Shown in pieces: positions 41,566-50,532 of a stretch of DNA of 64,000 nucleotides. The translations under genes and the position numbers were made by a program. The notes beneath the pieces are model-generated. The model worked only from the letters and a program-made list of their open reading frames with translations. It made no database searches and was not told the DNA's origin. Numbering within the stretch: the stretch's first letter is position 1; every line of letters begins with the position of its first letter. The DNA is from an uncultured Chloroflexia bacterium (GTDB taxonomy: Bacteria > Chloroflexota > Anaerolineae > Caldilineales > Caldilineaceae): contig CAWIVN010000030.1 in the NCBI GenBank assembly GCA_963839515.1, positions 32,040 to 96,039 on the forward strand. The letters run 5' to 3'.

Positions 41566-43455
41566 ATGTCGATGCATGAGCTGTTTGCCGAAGCTGTAGA
41601 ACGCCTGAAGGCGGGTGAACCCGCCGCTACGATCGTGGCGTCCTACCCGGCGGATGTGCAAGCCGAGATAAGCGAGCTGTTGGCTATCGTCGAGATGGCT
41701 GACCAGGTCGCGGTGCAGCCGCTGCCACAGCGCAGTATGCGGCAGCGCTCGCTGGCGCGTGCCCAGTTTTTGCAGCAGGCGGGCGCAATACGCGCCGAGC
41801 TCGAGGAAACCCTGGGTGCACCGGTCCTGACGCAGCAGTCCGGCGGCGCGTCGACCAGTGGGAAAAAGCGTGCAGCGCAACCCAGTTGGCGTGAGCGCCT
41901 GGCGATGGGCTGGGGCAGCCTGTTTGACAGCCCGTTGCTGCGGCTGGCGCCGCTGGCAGCGGTGACACTGGCAGTATACCTCGCCCTTTTCTGGACCGTC
42001 CGCACGGCCGAAGCGGCGCTGCCTGGCGACGCTGTGTACCCCATCAAGCAGTGGGTGCGCGAGCAGAAAATCAATCTGTCACCTCCCGAACAACGTGTAG
42101 GGGCAATCCGCGAGGCACAAGACCAGCTAGCACTCGAAGCCAAAACACTGGCGACGGTGCTGCAAACGCGACCCGAAGCGCGCTCGGAGCTGGCGCTCGA
42201 GTACAGCGAAGACATGATCTATTATGGCCGTCACGGCGACCTCCTCATGATCGGCCCATTCTTGGTGGCGCCCAACTACCAGCCTGATGCGGCCGAAGAG
42301 CAATTTGTGGCCATGGAGTTGGCGGGGACACCGGAGCCGGGTTCAACGGTGCGCTTGACGTATCGTGTGCTGCCCGGCAACCCGAGCGTCGTGCAAGGTG
42401 TGCGAGCAGTTGTGGTAGATACGCCGAAGCCTGCACCTGAACCTACGGCGACGCCAACGCGAGGCGATGTATGCCGAATTGCGCTGCCGGCAAATTGGAT
42501 TCCCTATGCAGTAAGACCAGGCGATAGCCTGGCAGGTCTGGCAAACCGCAGTGGCGCAAGTGTGGACTCCATTCGGAGGGTGAATTGCGTCTACACCATC
42601 GATGGCATTAACACGCTTTACCTGCCAGACAGCGTTTACGTGCTGGTCACACCAGCAAGCATGCCGACGCCGATTCCCACTCTGCCGCCGACGCTCACGC
42701 CGGTGCCTACAGCAACATCGATTCCGCAGTTGACTGCGACGCCCATGCCGACCGGCGACCAAACCGAGGTTCCGACTGGCGTTCCGACTGGCATTCCAAC
42801 CGGGATTCCAACCGGCGTGGCAACCGTCGAGCCGACGGCGCAAACCACTGTCGAACCGACGGGTGAGCCGGGCCAGACGCCGGCCGAGACACCTGGAGGA
42901 ACACCAGGTCAGACGCCGGCTGCAACTCCGATGGCTACACCGACCGAGTCACCGACCGCATTACCGACAGAGTCTCCTTCGGTGACTGCCACCAGCGAAC
43001 CGAATGGGACTGTCGCACCCACCAATCAGGCGACGGCGACAGTGGTGGCTGCAACAGAGGCCGCTACTGAGGCGCCTACGAGCCTCCCGACTGCTGTTCC
43101 GACGAGTGCACCTACGTTGGAGCCTACGCCTGTCCCGACACAAGTGCCACCGACACAGGCGCCGCCCACCGAAGCGCCTCCTACGGCAGCGCCTCCTACG
43201 GCAGCGCCTCCCACCCAGGCACTGCCTACGCAAGCACTGCCAACGCCTATCCCGCCCGCGCCGGAGCCCCCTACCCCCGCACCCCCGGCACCAGAGCCGG
43301 CGACACCCGTACCGGCGCCAGTTCTGCCTGCGCCAGAGCCGCCGACTCCCATACCAGCTGCACCTCTGCCGCCAGCGCCGGAGCCGCCAACGCCGGGGCC
43401 GGCGCTGGTGCCGGATGTACCTACGGACCCGCCGGCGATATCGGAATCCAATTAG
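41566..43455 (+). CDS. Putative membrane anti-sigma factor with a LysM domain and a long Pro/Thr-rich repeat tail
   Basis: Position downstream of the ECF sigma; one transmembrane segment (LLRLAPLAAVTLAVYLALFW). LysM-like segment YAVRPGDSLAGLANRSGASVDSIRRVN. About 270-aa PT-rich tail with tandem repeats (VPTGVPTGIPTGIPTG; APPTEAPPTAAPPTAAPPT; PAPEPPTP). Confidence 0.5.
   Translation: MSMHELFAEAVERLKAGEPAATIVASYPADVQAEISELLAIVEMADQVAVQPLPQRSMRQRSLARAQFLQQAGAIRAELEETLGAPVLTQQSGGASTSGKKRAAQPSWRERLAMGWGSLFDSPLLRLAPLAAVTLAVYLALFWTVRTAEAALPGDAVYPIKQWVREQKINLSPPEQRVGAIREAQDQLALEAKTLATVLQTRPEARSELALEYSEDMIYYGRHGDLLMIGPFLVAPNYQPDAAEEQFVAMELAGTPEPGSTVRLTYRVLPGNPSVVQGVRAVVVDTPKPAPEPTATPTRGDVCRIALPANWIPYAVRPGDSLAGLANRSGASVDSIRRVNCVYTIDGINTLYLPDSVYVLVTPASMPTPIPTLPPTLTPVPTATSIPQLTATPMPTGDQTEVPTGVPTGIPTGIPTGVATVEPTAQTTVEPTGEPGQTPAETPGGTPGQTPAATPMATPTESPTALPTESPSVTATSEPNGTVAPTNQATATVVAATEAATEAPTSLPTAVPTSAPTLEPTPVPTQVPPTQAPPTEAPPTAAPPTAAPPTQALPTQALPTPIPPAPEPPTPAPPAPEPATPVPAPVLPAPEPPTPIPAAPLPPAPEPPTPGPALVPDVPTDPPAISESN
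42770..43440 (+). repeat. Coding low-complexity tandem repeats (12-nt and 15-24-nt units) encoding PT-rich and PAPEPPTP-type linkers
   Basis: For example CCGACTGGCGTT / CCGACTGGCATT / CCAACCGGGATT / CCAACCGGCGTG, and GCGCCTCCTACGGCA x2. Confidence 0.6.
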
Positions 43456-43707
43456 GCGCCTGTGACGACCGGCGCGGGGCCCTTGCTCACGCGCCCTATG
43501 AGTTATGCCCCTGCGCCTGGCCCGGTTTGACCCATGGCAAGGAATTGGATATACTGTGCGATGAATTGCGCCCGGTTGCCCGCGTGTTGGGGTGGAGCAA
43601 GCGACGGGCGCATCCTTATTGGTGGGGCACACGATTGCTGGGCTGGCCTGGCGGGAGTGCGGCAAAGCGACCCGCCCGTGACGAAATGTGCCCGTGGAGA
43701 CAGTGCT

Positions 43708-45144
43708 GTGTTTGAGAGCTTAACTGACAAACTTCAAGGTGTTTTCGACCGTCTGTCGAGCAAGGGCAAGCTGACGGAAAGTGATGTCAACGTGGCCATG
43801 CGCGAGGTGCGCCTTGCGCTGTTGGAGGCCGACGTTAACTACAAGGTCGTCAAGGAGTTTGTCGATAAGGTCAAGGAGCGCTCGATCGGGGCCGAAGTGA
43901 TGCAGAGCTTGACGCCGGCGCAAACGGTGGTCAAGATCGTGCACGAGGAGTTGATCGAACTACTCGGTAAACCGGCGCCGCTCAACACATCCGGACAGCC
44001 ACCGACAGTCATCATGCTGGTAGGTCTACAAGGCGCCGGTAAGACAACGATGGCAGCCAAGCTGGCGTTGCGGCTGCGCAAGAACGGCCAACGCCCCTTG
44101 CTCGTGGCAGCCGACATTTATCGACCGGCGGCTATCAAGCAGCTCGAGATTTTGGGCAAACAGATCGATGTACCGGTGCATGCCGAAGGTACGAGCGTTG
44201 GCGCAGCTACCATTGCCAAAAACGCCGTCAAGCTGGCACGCGAGAAAGCCTACACGATCGTCCTGATCGACACCGCCGGCCGCCTGCAAATCGACGACGC
44301 GTTGATGCAGGAGTTGGAACAGGTGCGCATGGTGGCACGCCCGGCCGACATTCTGCTGGTCGTGGACGCCATGACCGGTCAGGAAGCCGTCAACGTGGCC
44401 GAAGGCTTTAATGCGCGCGTGCCGCTCACCGGCTTGATCATGACCAAGATCGACGGCGACGCCCGTGGTGGCGCAGCCTTGAGCGTGCGCCAGGTGACTG
44501 GCGTGCCAATCAAGTTTTTGGGCACCGGCGAAAAAATCGTCGACCTGGAGCCCTTTGAGCCGGACCGCCTGGCAGGACGCATCCTAGGCATGGGCGACGT
44601 GCTGACGCTGATCGAGCGGGCACAGGAAAACATCAGCGACGCCGATGCCGCCGCCATGGAACAACGCCTGGCAGAAGGCCAGTTTGATTTTGAGGACTTC
44701 CTCGATCAACTCAAGCAGATCAAGAAGCTGGGGCCGATCACCGACTTGATGGGCATGATCCCGGGGATGAACAAGATCACGAAGGATCTCGACCCGCAGC
44801 TGGCACAGAGCGGGTTGAAACGCACCGAGGCAATTATTAACAGCATGACGCTGGCCGAGCGACGCAATCCAGACCTGCTGAACGCCAGCCGGCGGCGGCG
44901 CATTGCGGCGGGCAGCGGCACGACAGTGCAAGACATAAATATGCTGGTCAAGCAGTTCCGCGACATGCAGAAGATGATGAAACAGCTCGGCGTGATGGGC
45001 ATGGGCCGCAGCAAAAAGAAGAAGCAAAAGGGCAAGCAAGGGCGGTCGCCAATGGGCCCGGGCCGGCGCATGCCAGGCGGGCAGGGTGGTTTGCCGCCCG
45101 GTTTACCGCCCAATTGGATGGATATGTTTAAGGGAGGAAACTGA
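43708..45144 (+). CDS. ffh: Signal recognition particle protein Ffh
   Basis: VFESLTDKLQGVFDRL ... (N domain), GLQGAGKTT (G domain), M domain with a basic Gly/Pro tail. GTG start at 43708; the ORF extends further upstream, but homology begins here. Confidence 0.9.
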   Translation: MFESLTDKLQGVFDRLSSKGKLTESDVNVAMREVRLALLEADVNYKVVKEFVDKVKERSIGAEVMQSLTPAQTVVKIVHEELIELLGKPAPLNTSGQPPTVIMLVGLQGAGKTTMAAKLALRLRKNGQRPLLVAADIYRPAAIKQLEILGKQIDVPVHAEGTSVGAATIAKNAVKLAREKAYTIVLIDTAGRLQIDDALMQELEQVRMVARPADILLVVDAMTGQEAVNVAEGFNARVPLTGLIMTKIDGDARGGAALSVRQVTGVPIKFLGTGEKIVDLEPFEPDRLAGRILGMGDVLTLIERAQENISDADAAAMEQRLAEGQFDFEDFLDQLKQIKKLGPITDLMGMIPGMNKITKDLDPQLAQSGLKRTEAIINSMTLAERRNPDLLNASRRRRIAAGSGTTVQDINMLVKQFRDMQKMMKQLGVMGMGRSKKKKQKGKQGRSPMGPGRRMPGGQGGLPPGLPPNWMDMFKGGN

Positions 45145-45370
45145 CAGGCCGGCAATCCTCGCACGGTGAAGTGGTTGGCACAACCTTCTTTTGTGCCTCC
45201 TCTACCCACTTTGCTGCAGCGACTGATGGCGGGCCGGGCTGCGGGCACTGCGTGTTTGCCAGTGCTTGAGCGCCAGGTGTTTCCTTTGTCGATAGACGAT
45301 TTGACTGAGTATTTGGCTGTGGCGTTTTTGAGAGCTAACAACTGCTGTTTGTTGAAGGAGTAAAATAGAA

Positions 45371-45673
45371 GTGGTTCGTATTCGTCTGCGCCGCATGGGC
45401 GCCAAGAAAAGTCCCTATTATCGCATCGTCGTGTCCGACAAGCGCTCGCCGCGTGACGGCCGTTTTATCGAGGCCATTGGCACGTACGATCCTAACACCC
45501 AACCGGAAACCGTACACCTGGAGATAGACCGCGCTGCCTATTGGCTGGCCAACGGTGCACAGGCTAGCGATGGCGCAATCCGCATTCTGCGGCGCGCCAA
45601 TCTCGTGGATGAAAACGGCAAGGCCATTGCCAACACGCCGGCGGAAACGGCCGTCGCGGGCGCCGCGGCCTGA
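45371..45673 (+). CDS. rpsP: 30S ribosomal protein S16
   Basis: [34 protein letters not shown] ...; GTG start. Confidence 0.9.
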   Translation: MVRIRLRRMGAKKSPYYRIVVSDKRSPRDGRFIEAIGTYDPNTQPETVHLEIDRAAYWLANGAQASDGAIRILRRANLVDENGKAIANTPAETAVAGAAA

Positions 45674-45691
45674 CTGGAGAGCTAAACAGTT

Positions 45692-45919
45692 ATGGAAGAT
45701 CTCATTCGCTTTGTTGCCCGTTCGTTGGTGGAGCAGCCGGATCGCGTGCGTGTCTATACCAAGGAGACACGGCGCGAGACGATTATTAAGCTGCAAGTGG
45801 CGCAGGGCGATGTCGGTCGCGTCGTCGGCCGCAGTGGGCGAGTGGCCAATGCCATGCGCTCGCTGCTGGATGTCGCCACACGGCAGAGCAGCAAGCCCGT
45901 AATTCTTGAGATCGACTAA
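45692..45919 (+). CDS. KH-domain RNA-binding protein (YlqC / UPF0109 family)
   Basis: 75 aa with a GRVVGRSGRVANA KH loop; conserved position between rpsP and rimM. Confidence 0.8.
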   Translation: MEDLIRFVARSLVEQPDRVRVYTKETRRETIIKLQVAQGDVGRVVGRSGRVANAMRSLLDVATRQSSKPVILEID

Positions 45920-46060
45920 ACGCCAGGCACTATCCACGACGGCCACGGGTCAACAACAGGTTGCCATTCGTGGAGAAGGACCTCCAGGAGGCAGTAACCT
46001 TCTGGAGGTCTTACTTTCAGCCCTAAAGATTCTGCTCTAAGAGCCTGCCCTATAGATAGT

Positions 46061-46684
46061 ATGAGCACACAATTCTCTGAGTCCGCAGCCGGAAAGCCGG
46101 AGCGCAAACCCAAGCGTGGTCCCCAAGCGAATGTCTACTATGTGCGCAACCAGGCAGTGGTCGTGCCACCTGGCTACATGGCCGTTGGCCAGATTGTGGG
46201 CGCACACGGGCTGTACGGCGAACTCAAGGTTGAGGCGTACAGCGACTTTCCAGACCGCTTTGCGCCGGGAGTGACATTATTTCTTGGCGAAGATTTGGAG
46301 AAGGTCCAGGTGACTTCCATGCGGCCACACAAGAGCAATCTGCTCGTGCGGCTGGAAGAGGTCGGCGACCGCAACGAAGCCGAAGATGTGCGCGGCCTAT
46401 GGTTCTATGTGCCGGAAGCCGAGGCAGCCGAACTGGAGGAGGGGCAGTACTGGATTCACGACATCATCGGACTGCAGGTTGTGACAGTAGATGGGCTCCA
46501 AATTGGCAACATCACCGATGTGATGGCCACTGGTGCCAACGACGTCTATGTGGTGCGTCCGGCGACAAACTTCAACCAGGGTCGCGACGTCCTCCTGCCC
46601 GCCATTGCGGACGTGGTCGAAAGCGTCGACCTGGAAAAAGGGGTCATGGTCATTCGCTTGCTCGAAGGCCTGATCGACGTGTAA
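46061..46684 (+). CDS. rimM: 16S rRNA processing protein RimM
   Basis: GQIVGAHGLYGELKV ... PRC-barrel C-terminal region. Confidence 0.85.
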   Translation: MSTQFSESAAGKPERKPKRGPQANVYYVRNQAVVVPPGYMAVGQIVGAHGLYGELKVEAYSDFPDRFAPGVTLFLGEDLEKVQVTSMRPHKSNLLVRLEEVGDRNEAEDVRGLWFYVPEAEAAELEEGQYWIHDIIGLQVVTVDGLQIGNITDVMATGANDVYVVRPATNFNQGRDVLLPAIADVVESVDLEKGVMVIRLLEGLIDV

Positions 46685-46693
46685 ACTAGCCTC

Positions 46694-47824
46694 GTGAACA
46701 GCACACCTGACAACCAACCTGATAGCCACGCTGGCAGCACAGCCTATTGGATTGCGTTTAACAGGGTCAACGGCATAGGGCCGGCCCGGCTGCGGGCGTT
46801 GCTGGATGTATGCGGCAGCGTCGAAGCAGCCTGGCACGCCTCAATCCAGCAGCTACAGGCGGCTCGGCTCGATCGACGCAGCATCGAGAGCCTCCTCAAC
46901 GCACGGCGGGAGATTCATCCTGAACAAGAATACAGTCGTGTCCAGGCCGCGGGCGTAACGGCGCTCACCTGGGACGACGCCGAGTATCCTGCAATCTTAC
47001 GCACGATCGACGCCTCGCCGCCCGTGCTGTACGTGCGCGGGAGGATGACGAGCCAAGACGAATGGGCGGTAGCACTGGTGGGCACGCGCCATGCCAGCGC
47101 GTACGGGCGCGAAGTGGCCCAGGTATTGGCAAGCGAACTTGCGCGACATGGCGTAACAGTCGTCAGCGGCCTGGCGCTTGGCGTGGACACGGTCGCACAT
47201 CGGGCGGCAATTGACGCCGGTGGCCGTACTCTGGCGGTGTTGGGTAGCGGCCTCGACCAAATGTATCCACCACAAAACCGCGGGTTGGCGCAGGCGATCG
47301 CCCACCAAGGAGCGGTGATCAGCGATTATCCGCTGGGAACGCGCCCGGACGCCAACAACTTCCCGCCGCGCAACCGCATCATCAGCGGATTGAGCCGGGG
47401 CGTCGTGGTGATCGAAGCAGGCGAGCGCAGTGGTGCTTTGATCACCGCCAAGTTTGCAGCCGAGCAAGGGCGCGATGTGTTTGCCGTGCCGGGCAGCATT
47501 CTGCACCCGGGCAGCGCAGGCTGCAACGGCCTGATCCAGCAGGGAGCGACACCGCTTCTCTCGGTGGACGACGTCTTGGAACAGCTCAACATGGTGCACT
47601 TGCAGGAGCGCATGGACGCACGGCGCAGCGTGGCGGCAGGTGAACAAGCGGGCGAACAGGAGACAAAGGTATTAGCACTGCTATCGGCCGAACCGACTCA
47701 CATCGACGACATCGTGCGCGGGGCCAACATGCCGGCGGCAACCATCGGCGGGCTGCTGGCAATCCTGGAGTTAAAGGGCTTGGTACGGCAGGTAGCAGCG
47801 ATGACCTATGTGAAGGCAAACTAG
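46694..47824 (+). CDS. dprA: DNA processing protein DprA (Smf)
   Basis: Rossmann-like DprA core (VVSGLALGVDTVAHRAAIDAGGRTLAVLGSGLD ... NFPPRNRIISGLS) plus a C-terminal wHTH. Confidence 0.85.
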   Translation: MNSTPDNQPDSHAGSTAYWIAFNRVNGIGPARLRALLDVCGSVEAAWHASIQQLQAARLDRRSIESLLNARREIHPEQEYSRVQAAGVTALTWDDAEYPAILRTIDASPPVLYVRGRMTSQDEWAVALVGTRHASAYGREVAQVLASELARHGVTVVSGLALGVDTVAHRAAIDAGGRTLAVLGSGLDQMYPPQNRGLAQAIAHQGAVISDYPLGTRPDANNFPPRNRIISGLSRGVVVIEAGERSGALITAKFAAEQGRDVFAVPGSILHPGSAGCNGLIQQGATPLLSVDDVLEQLNMVHLQERMDARRSVAAGEQAGEQETKVLALLSAEPTHIDDIVRGANMPAATIGGLLAILELKGLVRQVAAMTYVKAN

Positions 47825-47846
47825 ACAAACACAAAGGGGTGGAAGC

Positions 47847-48923
47847 ATGTACGCCACGATTTTGGCGGGAGGCGTGGGCACACGGTTGTGGCCACGCAGC
47901 AGGCAAGACCGACCGAAGCAGTTCACAGACATTACTGGCAGCGGCCTGACTATGATTCAGGATACGGCCGTGCGGCTGGAAGGCGTTGTCAGCAGCGACC
48001 GGTTGTATGTGGTGACAGGCGCCGCCTTTGCCGGTCTGGTGCGCGAGCAGCTGCCGGAAGTACCGGTCGAACAGATCGTCGTCGAACCAAGCGGGCGCAA
48101 CACGGCCCCGGCGATCGGCCTGGCGTGCGTGCATCTAGAACAGTCCGATCCGCAGGCCGTGCTGGCCGTGTTGCCGGCCGACCACGTGATTATGGACGCC
48201 GCGTGCTTTCGACAAGCCTTGGCGCAAGCCGGCCGGCTGGCCGCCGATGGTTATGTGGTAACGCTTGGTATCGAGCCAACCTTTGCCCACACTGGCTACG
48301 GCTACATCAAACGCAGCGAACCGCTGCCGGCGAGCGAAGATGACCTGCCCGTTTACGCGGTCGAACGCTTCCTTGAAAAACCAAACCGCGTGGTGGCAGA
48401 GCAATTCCTGGCTGAGGGTGGTTACTACTGGAACGGCGGCATCTTCGTGGCGCGCGTGGATGTGTGGCTGGCAGAGCTGGCGCGACAGACACCCGAAATC
48501 TACACGCGGCTGCAACGCATCGGTGCCGCGCTGGACACACCGGAGGCAGACACTGTGTTGGATACCGAATGGGCAGACATGCCCAGCATCAGCATCGATT
48601 ACGCAGTGATGGAGCATGCCCAACGCGTGGCGGTCGTGCCGTTACAAGCAGGCTGGAACGACGTCGGCAGTTGGGATGCGTTGGAGACGATCCTGGAGCA
48701 GGATGACCGCGGTAACAGTATTGCCAAAGGTGACGTGCTGCTGCTGGACAGCGAAGGCAACATCGTCTACAGTGATAAACGCCTTGTGGCGCTGGTGAAC
48801 GTGAGCAACCTGGTGGTAGTGGACACGGGCGACACGCTGTTGATCGGCGACAAGAGAAACATGCAGCGCGTAAAAGATGTCGTAGAGCAGTTACGCCGGC
48901 AAGGCCGCACAGAACTCTTGTAA
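47847..48923 (+). CDS. Mannose-1-phosphate guanylyltransferase (GDP-mannose pyrophosphorylase)
   Basis: MYATILAGGVGTRLWPRSR ... nucleotidyltransferase fold; C-terminal left-handed beta-helix region. Confidence 0.8.
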   Translation: MYATILAGGVGTRLWPRSRQDRPKQFTDITGSGLTMIQDTAVRLEGVVSSDRLYVVTGAAFAGLVREQLPEVPVEQIVVEPSGRNTAPAIGLACVHLEQSDPQAVLAVLPADHVIMDAACFRQALAQAGRLAADGYVVTLGIEPTFAHTGYGYIKRSEPLPASEDDLPVYAVERFLEKPNRVVAEQFLAEGGYYWNGGIFVARVDVWLAELARQTPEIYTRLQRIGAALDTPEADTVLDTEWADMPSISIDYAVMEHAQRVAVVPLQAGWNDVGSWDALETILEQDDRGNSIAKGDVLLLDSEGNIVYSDKRLVALVNVSNLVVVDTGDTLLIGDKRNMQRVKDVVEQLRRQGRTELL

Positions 48924-48938
48924 CCCAAGGAGTGTTTG

Positions 48939-50522
48939 ATGGCATGGCAGCAACGAATGGAAGCGATGAAAGCCACGCGGGTGGATCGCACCACCGTGAC
49001 AGGCTTGATAATCGGCATCATCCTGGGGCTGGCGCTGGGCCTGCTCATCGGCTGGGTATGGTGGCCAGTGGAATGGCAGGGAGCGGAAGTCGCCCAGGCT
49101 CCAGCAGCCGCCTCTGCCACCGGGTCGGGCAGCAGCCAGTTTAACACGCCGGAAGCCCGCTATTTGTACCTGGGCGCGACAGCCGATGCCTTTGTCTTTG
49201 CGACGGCTGCGGGCGAGCGCGATGCAGCTGCCACGGCAGCGCAGCGGCTTGCCGCCTTGGGCGGGGACATCCGCGCTGCATTCGACTCGGCCATCGATTT
49301 CTACAGCAGCCAGGCAGGCGGGGCGACGCAGGTGAGCAACCTGACTACGCTGGCATCGGCAGTGGGCATCCCACTCGGAACAAGTGCAGCCAACGCAGAT
49401 ACGGCCGCGGCTGCTTCAATCGCCGGGCAAGCTGGGGTGGAACCGGCGGCCCAGGCAGGCGGCGGCGCACAAGCGGGCACGGCGCAGGCGGGGGGCAGCA
49501 ACCCTCTACAATGGTCCTTAAGTTTGCTGGCAGCACTTCTCTTGATTGGTGGCGGTCTCTACCTGCTGTGGTTGTTGAATCGCAGGCGAGGACTGGAAGC
49601 AAACGGGGCCGGCCCCATAGGTTTTGAGGACGAGGAAATCAGCACCTCGCCGGCCCTGGTTGTACCTGCATTCGACCGCAACAGCCTAAGCCCACTCCCA
49701 TCCGGCGTGACGCCCGCCGCATCGATGCGCTCCACCGTGGAGCGACCGGTGGCGGCGCAAGGCGGCGATCCGCATGGATTTGATGCAGAAGAGGACGACG
49801 AGATCTATCCCCCGATGCGACGCAGTGTGACCATCGTCGACACCGAAATCGACGAAGATGAAGATATGGCCGGCGATGGCAGTGAGCACGGCGATGACAG
49901 TGCGTGGAACGAGGATGAAGAGCGCGACGATGAGGGCCGCGACCTGGCACTGGAGCCGGCGGAAGACGAGGATAACGACGGCATAGACAATATACCGCCA
50001 ACCCGCACGAATGTGCCGGGCGCCTCGGTGCGTACGGCGCCGCCGCCCACCCTGCAGCCGCCAACCCCGTCACGCTATGAGCGCTACACGACGATTGACA
50101 GCTACACGGCCACCTATTATCTAGGTCAAGTGGATTTCGACCAGGGTAAGCCGATCGGTTCGCCTAGCGGAGACGGCTACCTGGGCGAGTACAGCGTCGG
50201 CATTCCGCAAAAGAACGGCCTGTTGGACCACGACATGGAAAAACCGATCGCCATGGAGGTGGTGCTGTTTGATAAAAGCGACGGTCAATCGACGCTCACG
50301 ACCACGCGCCTGCTGTTAAGCGAATACGCGGCCGATCACATGTACGAGGAGTACCAGCGCACCAATCCGAACCTGGCTCCTATCGTAGCCCGGCCCAACA
50401 CCCGTTTCCAGTTGGAAGGCAAGCAGCTGTTGCTGGACTGCCTGATCAAGGACGTCAAGTACACACGCGACGGGTTCTTCCAAAATGTTGTGCTGGAACT
50501 GGTGGTAAAGCGCAAGGCGTAA
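48939..50522 (+). CDS. Hypothetical membrane-anchored protein with an Ala/Gly-rich region, a second transmembrane segment, an acidic Asp/Glu-rich stretch and a conserved-looking C-terminal globular domain
   Basis: GGAG RBS before the ATG at 48939; transmembrane segments at about aa 20-45 and 190-210. No recognisable catalytic motifs. Confidence 0.5.
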   Translation: MAWQQRMEAMKATRVDRTTVTGLIIGIILGLALGLLIGWVWWPVEWQGAEVAQAPAAASATGSGSSQFNTPEARYLYLGATADAFVFATAAGERDAAATAAQRLAALGGDIRAAFDSAIDFYSSQAGGATQVSNLTTLASAVGIPLGTSAANADTAAAASIAGQAGVEPAAQAGGGAQAGTAQAGGSNPLQWSLSLLAALLLIGGGLYLLWLLNRRRGLEANGAGPIGFEDEEISTSPALVVPAFDRNSLSPLPSGVTPAASMRSTVERPVAAQGGDPHGFDAEEDDEIYPPMRRSVTIVDTEIDEDEDMAGDGSEHGDDSAWNEDEERDDEGRDLALEPAEDEDNDGIDNIPPTRTNVPGASVRTAPPPTLQPPTPSRYERYTTIDSYTATYYLGQVDFDQGKPIGSPSGDGYLGEYSVGIPQKNGLLDHDMEKPIAMEVVLFDKSDGQSTLTTTRLLLSEYAADHMYEEYQRTNPNLAPIVARPNTRFQLEGKQLLLDCLIKDVKYTRDGFFQNVVLELVVKRKA

Positions 50523-50532
50523 CGAGGAGCGG

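Noticed and set aside
42770-43440. Possible CRISPR-like array suggested by regularly spaced short repeats
   Set aside because: The repeats are 12-24-nt coding tandem repeats with no spacers of unique sequence. They lie inside an ORF and encode PT linkers. No cas genes are present.
42636-43665. Multiple ORFs on both strands across the PT-rich repeat region (42961-43665, 43004-43465, 43026-43451)
   Set aside because: They are generated by the repetitive GC-rich codons of the PT-rich tail of the 41566-43455 protein, not by independent genes.
43534-43707. N-terminal extension of the ffh ORF (listed as 536 aa from 43534)
   Set aside because: Ffh homology starts at VFESLTDKLQ (GTG at 43708); the upstream in-frame region has no SRP54 similarity.
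45920-46060. Imperfect hairpin GACCTCCA ... TGGAGGTC after the KH-protein gene as a terminator
   Set aside because: The stem is short (8 bp) with a large loop and no U-tract, and the downstream rimM gene is normally co-transcribed. That is too weak to call.
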